From Welwitschia mirabilis (lineage: Eukaryota), in assembly GCA_051453625.1 (NCBI GenBank), contig JBOZIK010000001.1, positions 11,637,181-11,679,550 on the forward strand: a DNA stretch of 42,370 bases, written 5' to 3'. Each line of letters opens with the position of its first letter. Positions within the stretch are counted from its first letter, which is position 1. This document shows positions 22,845 through 36,769 of the stretch, piece by piece. A program made the position numbers and the translations under genes. The notes beneath the pieces were generated by a model. The model saw nothing but the letters and a program-made list of their open reading frames with translations. It did no database searches and had not been told where the DNA came from.

Positions 22845-24729
22845 TTACCCCTTTCACTATCGACTACTACTGTTCCCTTAAAGAAAATTTTACTTTGAAA
22901 AATAAAAAATAATAGATTAGTAGACAAGGCAAGATTTAAGAATAATAGGATAAAGAGAAAATAAAATACATTAATGTAAAAGAAAATGAAGTTTGTTCCT
23001 ACTAGAAGAACATTACTTCAATTACTAGAGGGCTTAGAATAATTCAGTGATTAAAAGATGTTAAGAAGAAAGCATAGTAATGCCTTATGAAGCACAAGGA
23101 AACACAAGGTTGAAGTTGAATGAAATTCAAAGTGGAAATGACAAAGTCAGTATTTTGAAGTATTTTTAAATGCATGAATTATCAAATATTTACATGAGGA
23201 CATGTGGCATTTAATTGGATTGACTTAATTTACAAAGTTAAGCTACATATTTGGTTGTTAAATTTTTGTGTACAAAATTTATGCATATTAGTAAGGACAC
23301 GTGTTAGTATACTATAGCTTTGGACTAGACATTTGTACCACTCTTGCATCATATTTACATACAAGTGTTATTTAAAAGATTATGGAATAATAAAAGATAA
23401 ATTTTTAGATTATTAGGCCTATGGTGATTGTTATTTTCTAAACCCAATACCTAAATTGACATTTTTATGTGACCTCCATATTTTGATGAAGGACATCAAA
23501 TATGGAAGACTTTTTTAGTAAAAATATGAATTTCCAAAATTTTTCTCTATTGAAATTATTTCCTTGAGCTAATGAAATTGTAATAGAACACTAAGTGTCA
23601 GGCACCTTAATTTACTAGGAGTTAGTGTTTTACTAGGAAATGCTACACATTTAGATAATAAATGATAAGCATTTAAAGAGAATCTTATTATACTCAGGAA
23701 TCATTTGGCATTGGAAAAGAACATTGAGGTTTTACAAGAATAGGAGATTATAATAGGTCTACCCACATATAGAAATTCATCTCCCTAGTCTAAATTGTAG
23801 TAACTAAAGAAATATTTATAAATAAGTTAACTTTTAGATGTGTACAAACAAAGAATTTCCATAAGACAACCATATATATTACTGATAATATGAACTGTGA
23901 GTTTTTTAATATGTTGTTTTATTTCATATTCTTTTGAATAACACTGATCTGTGTAGTAAGAAATTGGTGTAACACCATAATAGGTATACTCCCTAGATAG
24001 GACAAAGAACTAACTGCTAGCTATGCCCCTAGTGGATGGTACATTAACTTAAACCTTAGAATTCCTCCTTATTGAGTTTTAAACCATACTCAAAACATTC
24101 TTAAATATCTAATTACTAAGTCCTGTTAGACAATTTAACTATAAAACCCTAGATGATAGGCCTAAACGATCTAAATTACCATGGTAGTGCTGAAGAAACT
24201 AAACCTAGGGATTATGGGCACTTGCTGTATAGACTATTTATATACATTTATAGTATATGTAGTTTTGATCTCTTACTATTTGTGAAAGATGTGACCACCT
24301 TTAGATAAATGTATGCTATATAACACCCACATATATATATATTATTTTTAATATATATAATATGTTTACCATATATATTAAAACATAATTCATGCTTAGT
24401 TAAATTATACTAAATGGTGGGTTGAACGAAACACAATCTAATTCTTCAAGAGAGATTATCTCTATTAAATTTAAGGATTACTTAATAATATCCTAAGGAT
24501 AATAATATTTTAAATCTTGAACATTTACTGTGAAAGTATCATTCCTATCCAAGTTTTTGAGCATAATTGATTTATTAGTATAATGTTGGATAACTTTAAA
24601 TGAAGGTTGTCATTTGGACATTAACATATTATGAAGGTGACTTAACCTAGAATCAAATAGAAGAACATAAACACAGTCATTAAAGATTTTCCTATGTAGA
24701 TGCTTATCATATTAAACTTTCATTTGTAT

Positions 24730-25640
24730 CTCCATAAAAAGTTACCTATTTAAAGATTATATTCTTTATTCATGTGATGAATTTAGTTGATCTACTTTAT
24801 GATAGACATTGGTTAATGGGTTTGTAGTGTTAAGGTAAATGATGGCTTTTAGAGATTGAAAAATAAGTTTAACTAGTAACATGCATCATTTCTAATAAAC
24901 TAATTCATATGGTGTATAATCTAGAACATTCCTATAAGTTGTTCTGTAAGTCCACAACACCTCATATAACTTGTTATTCCAATTTGTTCTATTTGTTCTG
25001 ATTACCTTATCCAACACTTTTTTAATTTCTCTATTATCCTCTTTATTAGTCCATTGATTTGAAGGTGATATACATTTACAACTTTATGATTAATTCCATT
25101 TGAATTTAGTAGTTTTTTCACTATCTTTTTTAGAAAAAAATGTTATTTGATCAGAAATTAAGATACAAAGAAAGCCAAGTTTTACCAAAATATAATTTTT
25201 AAGAAATTTATAGACTATTTTTCCATCATTTTTTATTATTATAATAATCTCTATCTAATGTGTTACATAGACTACTGCTACGAGGATATAGAATGCTTGA
25301 TAAGATAAAGGTTTTATGGATCCTATAAAATCTATCCCTTAACAATTAAAGGGTTTACACTCTAAGATTAGTTTAAGTAACATCTAATCTTTTCTTCTAA
25401 TTCTTTCTTCCTTCTGGCGCTTGTCAAGCTCTTTGTGAAATTGTAGACATCTTTAAAAATAGTTGGATAAAGTAAACTTACATGTAATATTTTAAGTGCT
25501 ATCTTTCTACTATTAAAATGGCCTCCCCCTACTCCATCATAACACAAATTCAGAATTTCTTCATACTTCCGTTCTGGCACACATCATCTGATTATGTTAT
25601 TAATACATCTTTTAAAAAGATAAGGAGGTATACAATAATA
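24730..25640 (-). pseudogene. pol: Integrase of element D
   Basis: EILNLCYDGVGGGHFNSRKIALKIL..YPTIFKDV, GIDFIGS, YILVAVYV, LISDQ, YHLQING, NKLYEVLWTYRTTYRNVL. Confidence 0.9.
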
Positions 25641-25829
25641 ATAATTAATTTGATGTAAGAAAATCCTGCATTGAATAGTAAACCATTGTTTGGGTGTTTG
25701 ATGACATTCAAGACAATTTAAAGTTTACCTAGTGAGGATCAAGATGGGATGAATAATAAGTATGAACATGAAAGATTTATTCATCTAGAAATTGTTCAAA
25801 AGAGTTATCTTGATAATCTTTATCATACT

Positions 25830-27110
25830 GAATAAGTAAATGAGAGACATGATTAGCAATAAGATTTTTATATCTTTTTTTATTAATAATGGTAATGTTA
25901 AATTTTTAAAAAAAAAACATTCAAGGAAGCAAATAAGTGTTCAAGTGACATTGGCTAGTATGTACTATAGTGCAACATGGTTTGTATAAATCTTAGTATG
26001 GAAACCCATAATATAATGGTGGAATTTGTCAAATAACAATACAACAACAAGAATTCCCCCTTTTGTGATAGAGTAATTACATTGAGTATCATTCAAATTT
26101 CAAATAAAATAAAAAATTACATGTTGTTTCTTATCTATCTTTTCTCCCAAAATAGCTCTCATTGCATAGCTACTAACATTGAACATTAATTCAAAAGAAT
26201 AATCCCAATTAGGCCCTTGAAGGATTGGGGAAACAATTAACTAGGTTTTTAAATTATCAAAGGATTATTGATAAATTTTAGTCCAAAGAAATGAAATATT
26301 CTTATATAGTAAGAGATCTAAAGATTTACATAACTTTGAGTACCCCTCAATAAAATGATGATAAAATCTAGAGTAACCTAAGAAGATCATAATTACTTAA
26401 TATTAGAAGGTGATTGTACATTTTGATTAAATAAAGTCTTAGAATAATCTAGTTTAATACCATCATCATAAATAACATGAACCAATACTACCCCTCTAGT
26501 GAACATAAAAAATGATTTTACCTAACTTAATTTGAGACTGCTCTCTACATCTATTCAAAACTAATTCTAGATTTCTTAAAGTTTGATTAAATGAATCACC
26601 TAATGCTGAAAAAATATCCATATATAATTTCATAAAGTTATCAAGAAAGTCAATAAAAATACCTTGAATTACCCTTTAAAATATACTTAGAGCATTGCAC
26701 AATCCAAAAGGCATACATAGAAATGCATACATATTAAATGAAAAAGTGAATATGGTTAAAGGTTAACCTTGTGAAGAAATGTAGATTTTATTATATCCAC
26801 TATAAATATCCAAAACATAGTAATGATTATGGCCTTGTATGTTGTTTAAAACTTAATTAATAATGATAATAAAAAGAAATTTTCTCTTGTTAATTAATTA
26901 AGCTTACAAAAATCAATACAATTATCTTTCTTGGAAACAACCATTATAGGACTTACCCATTTGCTATATGCAATTGAATAAATGATACTTTATAAAGTAA
27001 TTTAATAATTTCATCTTTGATGACCTATTTAAGAGGTTGATTCAACCTCCTTTATGGCTATCTAACAGGTTTAACATTAGCATCTAAATAAATTTTATGT
27101 TACGTAATTT
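25830..27110 (-). pseudogene. pol: Reverse transcriptase and RNase H of element D
   Basis: RRLNQ, IAYSKWVSP, CIDFCKLN, LDIYSGYNKI, CMPFGLCNA, YMD box at ~26615, FELMFNVSSYAMRAILG, NYSITKGEFL, YTNHVAL. Confidence 0.92.
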
Positions 27111-27639
27111 GTGGCATAACTCTAACAATATCATCATTGGTCCATGCAAAGGCTTCAACGTCTTTTTTAAAATTTCAGCTATGTTTTTTTCTTGATGTCC
27201 TACTAATTCTAAACTAATACTTAGAGGCTGAGTATCATATTTACCCATGAAAACATACTTTATATTAGAGGCCAATATTTTAATTTGTAAGGGTTATAAT
27301 GAACTCTTTTCACTCATAACATTTGATGTTAATTCCCTATTCTGACTCAGAAGATAATTGTAACACTTGAAAATTTTATTTCTTATTCAATTAGGTTCTT
27401 AATCATTTCTTCTCACTTAAAATGTGGTGCAAATCCCATTATATTCTCATTTAAATTAGAAAGATTAAATGAGTTAAGGGACTCTTCAACTAATAGCAAG
27501 TATTCTATAACTGTAAAGATGACTAATTTAAATTTAAAACTAGGATGATTTTCTCTACTATTCTAGATGATATTAAGTTAAATGTGTTTATTAAAATTAC
27601 ATTGCCATTATCATATAACTTCTTATCATTCAAACTTAT

Positions 27640-28000
27640 ATGCGTTTTAGTAGCATTATATACTTTTACATCAAACTTATCACTTTCAAATTGCAAGGTC
27701 ATGATACCACTCCTTGTATTAATTATCCCATTTTCTATTTCTAACTAAGCTCATCCTAAAACTAGAGGGTAATCATTACTTCTATCAACCTCAAGTACTA
27801 TAAAATTAGTAGAATAATAATAACCTTTTTTAACTTAAACCACTAAGTTTTTCAATACTCCTATATCCCATTTTAATGACCCATCATCCATTTCTACCAT
27901 AACATTAATGGACTTTAGTCTATCTTGCAACTTTAATTGTTGCATTATATATTCAAGAATAAATTCAAACTAGCACCTAAGTTAATTAAATAGTGATGAA
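27640..28000 (-). pseudogene. pol: Aspartic protease of element D
   Basis: YLINLGASLNL (decayed LIDLGASVN), VEMDDGSLK..IGVLKNLVV, TNFIVLEVD..YPLVLG. Confidence 0.85.
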
Positions 28001-28550
28001 GCCAAAAATTACTTTCTAAAGTAACTGTCGATGTAGCATCTCTTGGATTATTATATTTTGGACTTTATTAGCTGAGATATAAAAACTATTGATCTACAAA
28101 ATAAATTTTTTCTAGCAACTTTTTTTATTCCTTTTAACTAGATCCTTAAAAACATTTTTATACTTTTTATTATCATTCAAAAATATTTAGAGTAACATTG
28201 GAATAGTAGCTTCATATAATAAGGCTTCAAGGTATTAATTTGAATCTTCTCATTCCTTTTTAACTACTTTGCAAAGGAAGGTTGTTTTATTTGAGTAAAA
28301 ATATGATGATCTTTTACCTACTACTATTGCTATTTTATAGTTAGGTTTTGGTAATGATTTAGCTCCTTCACATGTGATTTCCCCTTATTTAATGCATCCA
28401 CTCCTAGTCCACTTCTTATCATTACCTTGGAGTCTTATATTTGAAGTGGGTTTGGCTATGGATTGAAAGATAAGATTCTTGTCCATATGAATTAGAGTAA
28501 ATTATTTACTTCATTAATCTTATTAGTTTATTTAGATTTTATTTGTCTGA
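28001..28550 (-). pseudogene. gag: C-terminal part of gag of element D, downstream of the E insertion
   Basis: Joins 39076+ to read KLEMQFGNLHTIVN|Q; followed by P(Q)PNP and PKYNNP pre-protease motifs. Confidence 0.7.
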
Positions 28551-28555
28551 TTAAT
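28551..28555. repeat. Left target-site duplication of element E (ttaat)
   Basis: Matches ttaac at 39076-39080 with one C/T difference. Confidence 0.7.
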
Positions 28556-30105
28556 TTTTGCAGTGTAAATTTTTGTAATCTTGAATCTCTTTATGTAAAT
28601 TTTTAAATCAAATAACTTGCAGAAAAACACACGCTAGTATAGATGGGAGTTCACCTAAATGTCATAATCCCAACGAAGGCACTAGGCTCAGAGTTAGAGA
28701 ATTGATTTTCAAAGATATTTTTAGTATTTTATATTTTAATAAATAAAAGTAAATAATAAAGTAAAAGTAATGCAAGTTGAATGGATATGGAATGCAGTGA
28801 ATGGAGATAGAAATGGATTCTACTTAGATCTTAGTTCTTCTATTAGAAAGACTTCCTTCTCTATAACTTATATCAATTAAGAAGAGCATCCAACTAGTTG
28901 TTAACCAACATAAACTATAAGATCTATTTAAGTAAAAATATGCAATATGCATTATGGAATTAAAATGGAGTAGCAAATANNNNNNNNNNNNNNNNNNNNN
29001 NNNNNNNNNNNNNNNNNNNNNNNNNNNNNNNNNNNNNNNNNNNNNNNNNNNNNNNNNNNNNNNNNNNNNNNNNNNNNNNATCCAACTAGTTGTTAACCAA
29101 CATAAACTATAAGATCTATTTAAGTAAAAATATGCAATATGAATTATGGAATTAAAATGGAGTAGCAAATATACTACTAACCAAGGTCAATGTTAATAAA
29201 GATTGCCCTTATGATCTAGATAAATTACAGAGTTCTCACAATAAACTATGATCAATTTAAACCATAAAGGACATTCATAGAATTGGAATGAAAAGAGAAA
29301 TTGTATTAATTCAAAGAGTATTCAAGAACATTACATCCACTTACAAATANNNNNNNNNNNCCTCAATGGAAGAGACTCAGCCTAACTCCAAGGAGACTCC
29401 TTTGTGTAGCTCTGGATGGACCTCTTTTCCTTTAATCCTCTGTCACAAGTATCAAAAATAAAATATGAAACTAGAAATTAAGGAAGGGAAGGGTATCTAT
29501 AGTTTTACATTTGAGGTTATAGAAGTAAAACCCTAAAGGCGGGAAACAAAAACCTAACAATCCACATGGGTTGCTTGACCCCATTTACAAAGATATTTAT
29601 TTTGAACATTTAAAGACAACTATCGTCTCGTCTATTATTGGGATGACATAGGGGACCTCACCATGTGTCACATGTGTCCATGCCCTGTTGTTAGCCCTAC
29701 AGCATCTATTTATGTTATCAGTGTCATCTTCCTGCATATTGTGGGGATGACATAGGGGATGATGCCATGTGCCACACATCTCCATGTGCTACTATTAGCC
29801 CCATATATTCTATCCATATTAGTAGTGTTATCGTCTTGCCTGTTATGGGGATGACATAGGGGATGATGATATTTCTTTTCTCTAATCTCAAAGGTAAATC
29901 AGTATTTTGCATCATAAAGTTCTACTTCCAAATATGCAGTATTAGGATAGGCCTAAGAAACTACTAAAAATATTAAGGGTCACATGTTTTACTAGTTATC
30001 CTGTCAGGTCTTCATAGTCATCAGTATTACATCAAAACTTATGTAAATGTCCTATAAAAATACTCAAAATACACCATTAAATTCCTAAAAATTGGCATTG
30101 TAACA
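28556..30105 (-). repeat. 3' LTR of element E (length inflated by a 100-N gap and a 92-bp assembly overlap)
   Basis: Colinear with 37821-39075; minus-strand start TGTTAC after the PPT. Confidence 0.92.
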
Positions 30106-30118
30106 TAGAATCCTACTT
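30106..30118 (-). promoter_or_regulatory. Polypurine tract of element E (decayed)
   Basis: Reverse complement aagtaggattcta, homologous to the PPT of B. Confidence 0.7.
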
Positions 30119-32174
30119 AGCCTTGTCAATCCTTGACAAAGCAAGTAATCAATGAGATTGCAAGCCAATTTGACTAAGATCAAATAGTGTTTAAAAGGAT
30201 GCAAATTGAGTTCTATTAAATCATGTAAGAAAATGATATCATCAATAGGTAATTGATACAAATGCTAAAGAATTTTCCTAAGTCCCATACTTAAGCATGT
30301 TACCATAGAATAAATGAATGCTATCCACATATAAAAATCATAAAAATGCAACTTTAATGGCTTATGAAATGAAACTGTGTATGCATATTACAGAAACAGT
30401 GATAATGAACTATTGTGACAGGCTTAAATAGTGTTATCTTTTAGAAAATGATGTATTCAAATTCATTAGTGTCATCAAAATGGTAAAGGATAATAGTAGA
30501 TATAGCACATTTTAGATGATCTAAAAACATAGCTATGGAAAAAAATGTAAATGTGCTACTGGATCCTGCAAGATAAAGTTCATGAATCTCTAAAAATGTA
30601 TTCAAATAATATAAAAAATAACCCAAAAAACCCATCATAAAGTTAGATTATAAAAGCTCAAAAATTAAAAAATTTATGCTAATAAGTATAGATTAATTCC
30701 CAAAAAGGTGTCCTAGCCCTCCATAGAAGAAGTAAAACATCTCGAATTACACCAAGAGTAGAGGAGGAGTGTCATTCCCTTTGTCATTGGGACAATAGAT
30801 GTGGGATGATAGTCATCAAAGAGGATGTTTAGAGAGGAAAGTGAAACCAAAAAATTCTAGAAAATCAAAAAATACAAAAAAACAATAGAACATAGATAAC
30901 AAACAGGGAAAATGCAAAGAAACAGCTTGAAAAGCAACCACATGATGAAGAAGGAAAATGTAATAGTAGAAGAAAATGCACTAAATGGGAAGAAGTAATG
31001 CTCAAAGACTTCTCAAATATGTCTAAACTCATGGAAAAATAGAACTCATCAAATCATGGAAACTTGCCAGTAAAAAACAATAATCGTTTAGAAAAATTTA
31101 TGGATAAATAACAAGAAATTAAAAAATTATTAGGTCCATAATATGATGTTGAAAAAGTGTCAAGAATGACTTTGAAAATCCAATAAAACAATTAAAGAAA
31201 AATAAAAATGAAAATGGACAACTAAGAACATGAAGAAGATTGCTTTCTTATCCTAAATGCTAACCTAATAAATTCTCTTAGTAACAATTATAAAATCACT
31301 TAATAATGATGCATGTCATAATGTAAGAATTCATAAAATTCCACTCAAATAGGCAATAATTATGATGATGTCAAGTATGCTAATGTTATTAAATAATAAA
31401 TGATAAGATAAAAAAGTTGTTTTAAAATAGGAATGTACAAGATACCATAGCATAAAAATCACTAGAATCCAAAAAGTAGAGTAATCACATGGAAGTACTA
31501 GAAATAAATAAAGAAAAGTAAGTCTAGAAAATAAGCAATACCTCTGATGACACAAAGGACACCACTGATATTATAGCCTTAAAATGCAATTTATTTTTCC
31601 ATGATTAAGGGAGTGCAACCACGGTTAGAGGAGTAAGAACCTGCATAGTGTGGCCAACTAACCCCCTAGTGGAGTTCCCACAGCTATCATATCCCATTGA
31701 TAAAGGCCCATCTCAGAAATATTTACCCCTATGTGCTTATGATAGGATATCATGATTATCATGTTTTAGAGATATAACATAAAAGATCATGATTTTTTTC
31801 CTCCTTATTCTTCTCTCTCCTTTTTTTTTTTGAGTATCACTCCACATGACCAAGTAATTGTAAGGATAAAAGTAAAGGAATTAGATAAGTAACAAAGTAA
31901 GATCATGAAAAAACAACTAATTTACTCACATCATTGAAAGAGAACAAAAGAACCAAGGCATCTTCCTTCTAAAATAAAGTTCATAGATATACAAATGTCT
32001 GAAAATTGGATAAATTCAATTTTATCATTGAAAATTCCCAAGTAAAATATTACTAATTATTAAAACTTTATAAGTAAATACATATGTCAAGTTAAAGATA
32101 TTCAAGTGATAACATGCTATTTACCTAAGGAATGAGTTAAGAAATAATTTAGATAATGGCAAAAGGAAGGTCCT

Positions 32175-33330
32175 CCTCATGAAGAAGGGATTCCAAAACA
32201 AGTGCTTCTATCATCCTCAAGGTTTCAACAGGAGATGACTTATAAAGTTTTAACCTTTATTCATTAACCTTTTGGATTTCTCTAGTATTTAAATTAGAGA
32301 TTTTAACTGAGCCATTTAAGTGTACTTTTTCTATAAGATAAGGACCTAACCAGCTAGAAGTTAACTTATCATGTAAAAGGTGTACTCAGGTGTTATACAA
32401 AAGGATAAGTTAACTAGGATTAAACTATATATGAATAATCTTTTATCATGTCTAAACTTGACTTAAGTTTTATGAATGAATTGATGATGTAAGGAATGAG
32501 TACGTTTTTCATCTAAATGGTTGAGTTGGGCTAGTTGAATTTTAAGATTTCAATTTAAGTCAATAGTCGATAAGAATTATAGCAAACATCAACTGGTAAT
32601 ACACACACTTTATTGTACACAAGTTCATATGGTGAGAAACCTACAGAGTTACGCCAAGTAGTATGGTAAGCCAAAAGAACATCATTAAGTTTAGAGGACC
32701 AAGTTTTCTTATTGATAGAGACTAATTTTTGAAGCACTTTTTTGATTTTTCTATTTGCATTTTTAGCTTGACCATTAGTTTGAGGATGATAGGAATAAGT
32801 AATTCTATGTTTAACACTAATAGATAAAAGAAGTTTTCTAAAGAGGTAACTAATGAAATGAGTTCCTTATTCACTAATAATAATTCATGACAAATCAAAT
32901 CATTAAAAAATATGAGTTTGAACAAAGTTGTAAATAGTTCAGGCATCATTTTTGGTAGTAGAAACAACTTCAACCCACTTAGTAACATAATTCATAGCTA
33001 AAGGATATAATTTTTCTTATGGGAAGGTGGTGTAATTGGGCCTATAAAGTCAATTTCCTAATAATCAAAAGGTTCACATTTAAGTATGGATTCGAGGGAT
33101 AGATCATGAGAACAAGGTAGGCTACCATACTGTTAACATGCATTACACTTCCTAAAAAAGTCAAATGAATCTTTGAAAAGAGTAGACCAATAAAAACTAG
33201 AGTGAATAATTTTCATGATGTTATTTTAGCTACTAAAGTTTCCTTCACATATTCCACCATGGTAAAGTTTTAAGATTTCTAAGGTTTCCCCTTTAGGCAT
33301 CCATTTACACATAATTTGATCTTTACAACA
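32175..33330 (-). pseudogene. pol: Integrase of element E
   Basis: GIDFIGP, TKWVEVV, KTWSSKLNDVLLAYHTTWRNSVGFSPYELVYNKVCVLPV, SSWLGPYL, VNE*RLKLY. Confidence 0.93.
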
Positions 33331-33489
33331 TCTATAAAAATGGGGTTCATTCTATTCATAGTCATGATTCTATGGAGAAAAGTTTTATGTTGATTATGGT
33401 TTTAATGCTGAGGAGTTTTCATAGTTACAAGGTAATTCATGATGTCAGCATACCAAGGAGGAGGTTGAGAAGATGAGATAGCATACAAT

Positions 33490-34864
33490 TGTTTAATTGC
33501 AAAGAGTTACTCATCAGGAAAAGAATCAGTAATGGGAGTTTCATCATGGGAGCAAGAAAGTCGAGAAAGATGATAAAAAACACTGTTATGTTTTCTAGCC
33601 TTATTAATAATGGTAAGATTAAATTCTTGCATTAAAAGGATCCACCTAATAAGTCTTGAACTTGAGGCTTTTTTAGATATGAGATAGTAGATGGCTACAT
33701 GATCTGTGTAAACATTGATATAAAAACCAAGAAGATAATGTGGAAGATGCTCTAAGCAAAAGATAATTGAGAGCATTTCTCTCTCAGTGGTAGTTTAGTT
33801 GGATTGGGTACTTGATAAATTTTTTCTAAGATAAGATATGACATTCAAATCATTTTTATATTTTTTTAACCAAGAACCCCTCCTACAGTAATATTGCTTG
33901 CATCACACATAAGTTCAAAGTCTTTATTCCAATCAAGACCCATGATAATAGGTTCAGAAGAGATGTTCTCCTTGAGAGTTTTAAATGCAAGTTGACATGA
34001 ATTATTCCAACTAAATTTAACATCTTTTTCAAGTAAGGAGTGGAAAGGTTTATAAGTTTTAGCATAATCATGAATGAATAATCAATAAAAACCAGCATGT
34101 CCAAGAAAAGATCTAACTTGTTTAACATTAGTTAGATGTCTAAGATTTTTAATGATATCCACTTTTATGGGATCCATTCTAATCCCTTCTTTTAAAATGT
34201 AATGACCTAAAACAATTCCATGTTGGACAAGGAGAAAACTTTTTTTCCCAACTCAAGTGTAAACCACTTTCAATACATCTATCTAGGACTTTTTCTAATC
34301 TCATTATAGTTTATTCAAAAGTATCACCAAAGATGGATAAGTCATCCTTAAAAATTTCAATAGAGTCTTCTATCATATTAGAAAAAATTCCCATCATGGC
34401 TCATTAAAGGGTTCCAAGGGCACTACAAAGTCTGAAAGGAATTTGTTTAAAAGAAAAGATTCCAAAGGGAGAGGTAAAAGTAGTTTTAGCTTGGTCTTCA
34501 CTTGCTATAAAAATTTGATTATAGCCACTATACCCATTAAGAAAACAATAGTAGGCATAACCTTAGATTCTATAAAGAACTTGATTAAGAAAGGATAAAA
34601 GGCAATGATCTTTTTTAGTGACCTCATTAAGTTTTCTAAAATCGATACACATTCTTCATTTCCCCCCTTTATTTGGAACTAATGTTAAAGGATTAATCCA
34701 CTCACTATTAGCTATGGCATATATAATTTCAGCATCCATAAGTTTAATGATTTCATCTTTGATAATTTGTTCAAGGGAAGGATTTAGTCTTCCTTGCGTT
34801 TCCTAATAGGTTTAGCATTATCTTTAAGGTAGATTTTATGTTGAACTATGGAAAAAGGAATGGA
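33490..34864 (-). pseudogene. pol: RT and RNase H, integrase-proximal copy, element E
   Basis: SEWINP, CIDFRKLNEVTKKDHC, GYSGYNQI, PFRLCSALGT, FKDD box, FELMCDAS, VYTDHVAI, RLIRWILLMQEF. Confidence 0.95.
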
Positions 34865-34964
34865 NNNNNNNNNNNNNNNNNNNNNNNNNNNNNNNNNNNN
34901 NNNNNNNNNNNNNNNNNNNNNNNNNNNNNNNNNNNNNNNNNNNNNNNNNNNNNNNNNNNNNNNN

Positions 34965-36420
34965 TATAGTTATTTAATTGTAAAGAGTTATTCATTAGGA
35001 AAGGAGTCATTAATGGGAGTTTCATCATGGTAGCAAGAAAGTCGAGAAAGATGATCAACAACACTGTTATGTTTTCTAGCCTTATCAATGATGGTAAGAC
35101 TAAATTCTTATATTAAAAGGATTTGACTAATAAGTCTGGTACTCAAATCTTTTTTAGTCATAAGATAGCGAATGGTTGCATGGTCTGTATAAACATTAAT
35201 GTAAAAATTAAGAAGATAATGTCGAAGATGGTTTAAGCAAAATATAATAGAAAAAATTTCTCTCTCAATGGTAGTATTATTATATTGGGCACTTGACAAA
35301 GTTTTGTTAAGATAAGATATAACTTTGAAACCATTCTCATATTTTTATCCAAGAACCCCTCCTACAATTATATTGCTTTCATCACACATAAGTTCAAAAT
35401 CTTTATTCTAATCAAGACCCATGACAATAGGTTCAAAAGAGTTGTTCTCCTTAAGAGTTTCAAAAGAAACTTGGTAATAATCAGTTCACTCAAATTTAAT
35501 ATCTTTTTCAAGTAAGGAGTGAAGAGGTTTGTAAGTTTTAACATATTCATGAATGAATCGTCAATAAAATCTAGCATGTCTAAGGAAAGATCTAACTTTT
35601 TTGACATTAGTTAGAGGAATAAGATTCTCAATGATATCTACTTTTGAGGGGTCCATCCTAATTCCTTCTTTTGAAATGTGATGACTTAAAACAATTCCAT
35701 GTTGGATAAGAAGAAAACTCTTTTTCTAACTTAAGTGTAAACCACTTTCAATACATTGATCTAGGACTTTTTCTTATCTCACTATAGTTTGCTCAAAAGT
35801 ATCACCAAAGATGGAGAAGTCATCCATAAAAATTTCATTAGAGTCTTCTATTATATCAAAAAAATTCCCATCATGGCTCTTTAAAAGGTTCTAGGGGCAT
35901 TGCAAAGTCCAAAGGGTGTTCATTTAAAAGCAAAGACACCAAAGAAAGATGTGAAAATGTTTTAGCTTGGTCTTCACTTACTATGCAAATTTGATTATAG
36001 CCTCTATATCCATAAAAAAAACAATAGTAGGCATGATCTTCTATTAAGAACTTGATCAAGAAAGGGTAAAGGGCAATAATATTTTTTAGTGACCTCATTA
36101 AATTTTTGAAAATTGATGCACATTCTCCATTTTTCCTCCTTTCTTAGAACTATTATTAAAGAACTAACCCACTCACTATCAGCTATGACATATATAATTC
36201 CATCACCCATAAGTTTAATGATTTTATCTTTGACAATTTATTTAAGGACTGGATTTAATATTCTTTGGGGTTACCTAACAGGTTTAGCATTATCTTCAGA
36301 TAGATTTTATGTTAAACTATGGAAAGATTAATGTCACCTAAGTCTTTATGTATCCAAGAAAAGGAATTTTTTTTATTTTTAAGGACAAGGTTAAATTGGA
36401 TTCTTATTAAGGAGTTAGAA
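34965..36420 (-). pseudogene. pol: RT and RNase H, protease-proximal copy, element E
   Basis: IYVIADSEWVS, KWRMCINFQKFNEVTKK, GYRGYNQI, PFGLCNAPR, FMDDF, FELMCDES, VYTDHATIRYL, DHLSRL. Confidence 0.95.
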
Positions 36421-36769
36421 GATCACTTATTATTAAGGGTTTCATTTGATTTTTGGAAAGAAAAATGTATTTTAGATCTTAGGAAAATTTTGTAAGCTTA
36501 TGAGTGATATCTTGGTATATTGTCCTATCTTTCATGAGGATGACAGACATGGGACAATACTCTTCAAAAAATTTCTTTATTAAGTAAAGATGTTTAGCTT
36601 CTTTCCATTCTTCATGTTCTTCATCCTTAGACTTAATTTAATTTATTTTACTATGGTCATTATACAAAGTTGGCTTATGTAGCATGATTAATCTCTCTTC
36701 TATTGGTCGATGTTGTAAAAACAAGGTTGGTTTCAATTCATCTTCAATGTTAAACTCGGTTCCTGTGTC

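Noticed and set aside
28888..29171. 92-bp direct repeat on both sides of a 100-N gap (ORF 28824..29168)
   Set aside because: The copies differ at one base and the 5' LTR has a single copy; this is an unmerged contig overlap.
29597..29915. Short ORFs within LTRs (also 3443..3634, 12348..12551, 18078..18281)
   Set aside because: Not preserved in the partner or homologous LTR and no recognisable domain; chance ORFs.
31540..31600. CTGATGA motif suggesting a hammerhead ribozyme (retrozyme)
   Set aside because: No GAAA core with flanking stems at suitable spacing, and the homologous site in B reads ctgataa.
31990..32160. Possible short antisense or sense ORF just after the integrase, conserved in A, B and E
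   Set aside because: Nucleotide similarity is real, but several stops are shared between copies and no frame is convincingly preserved.
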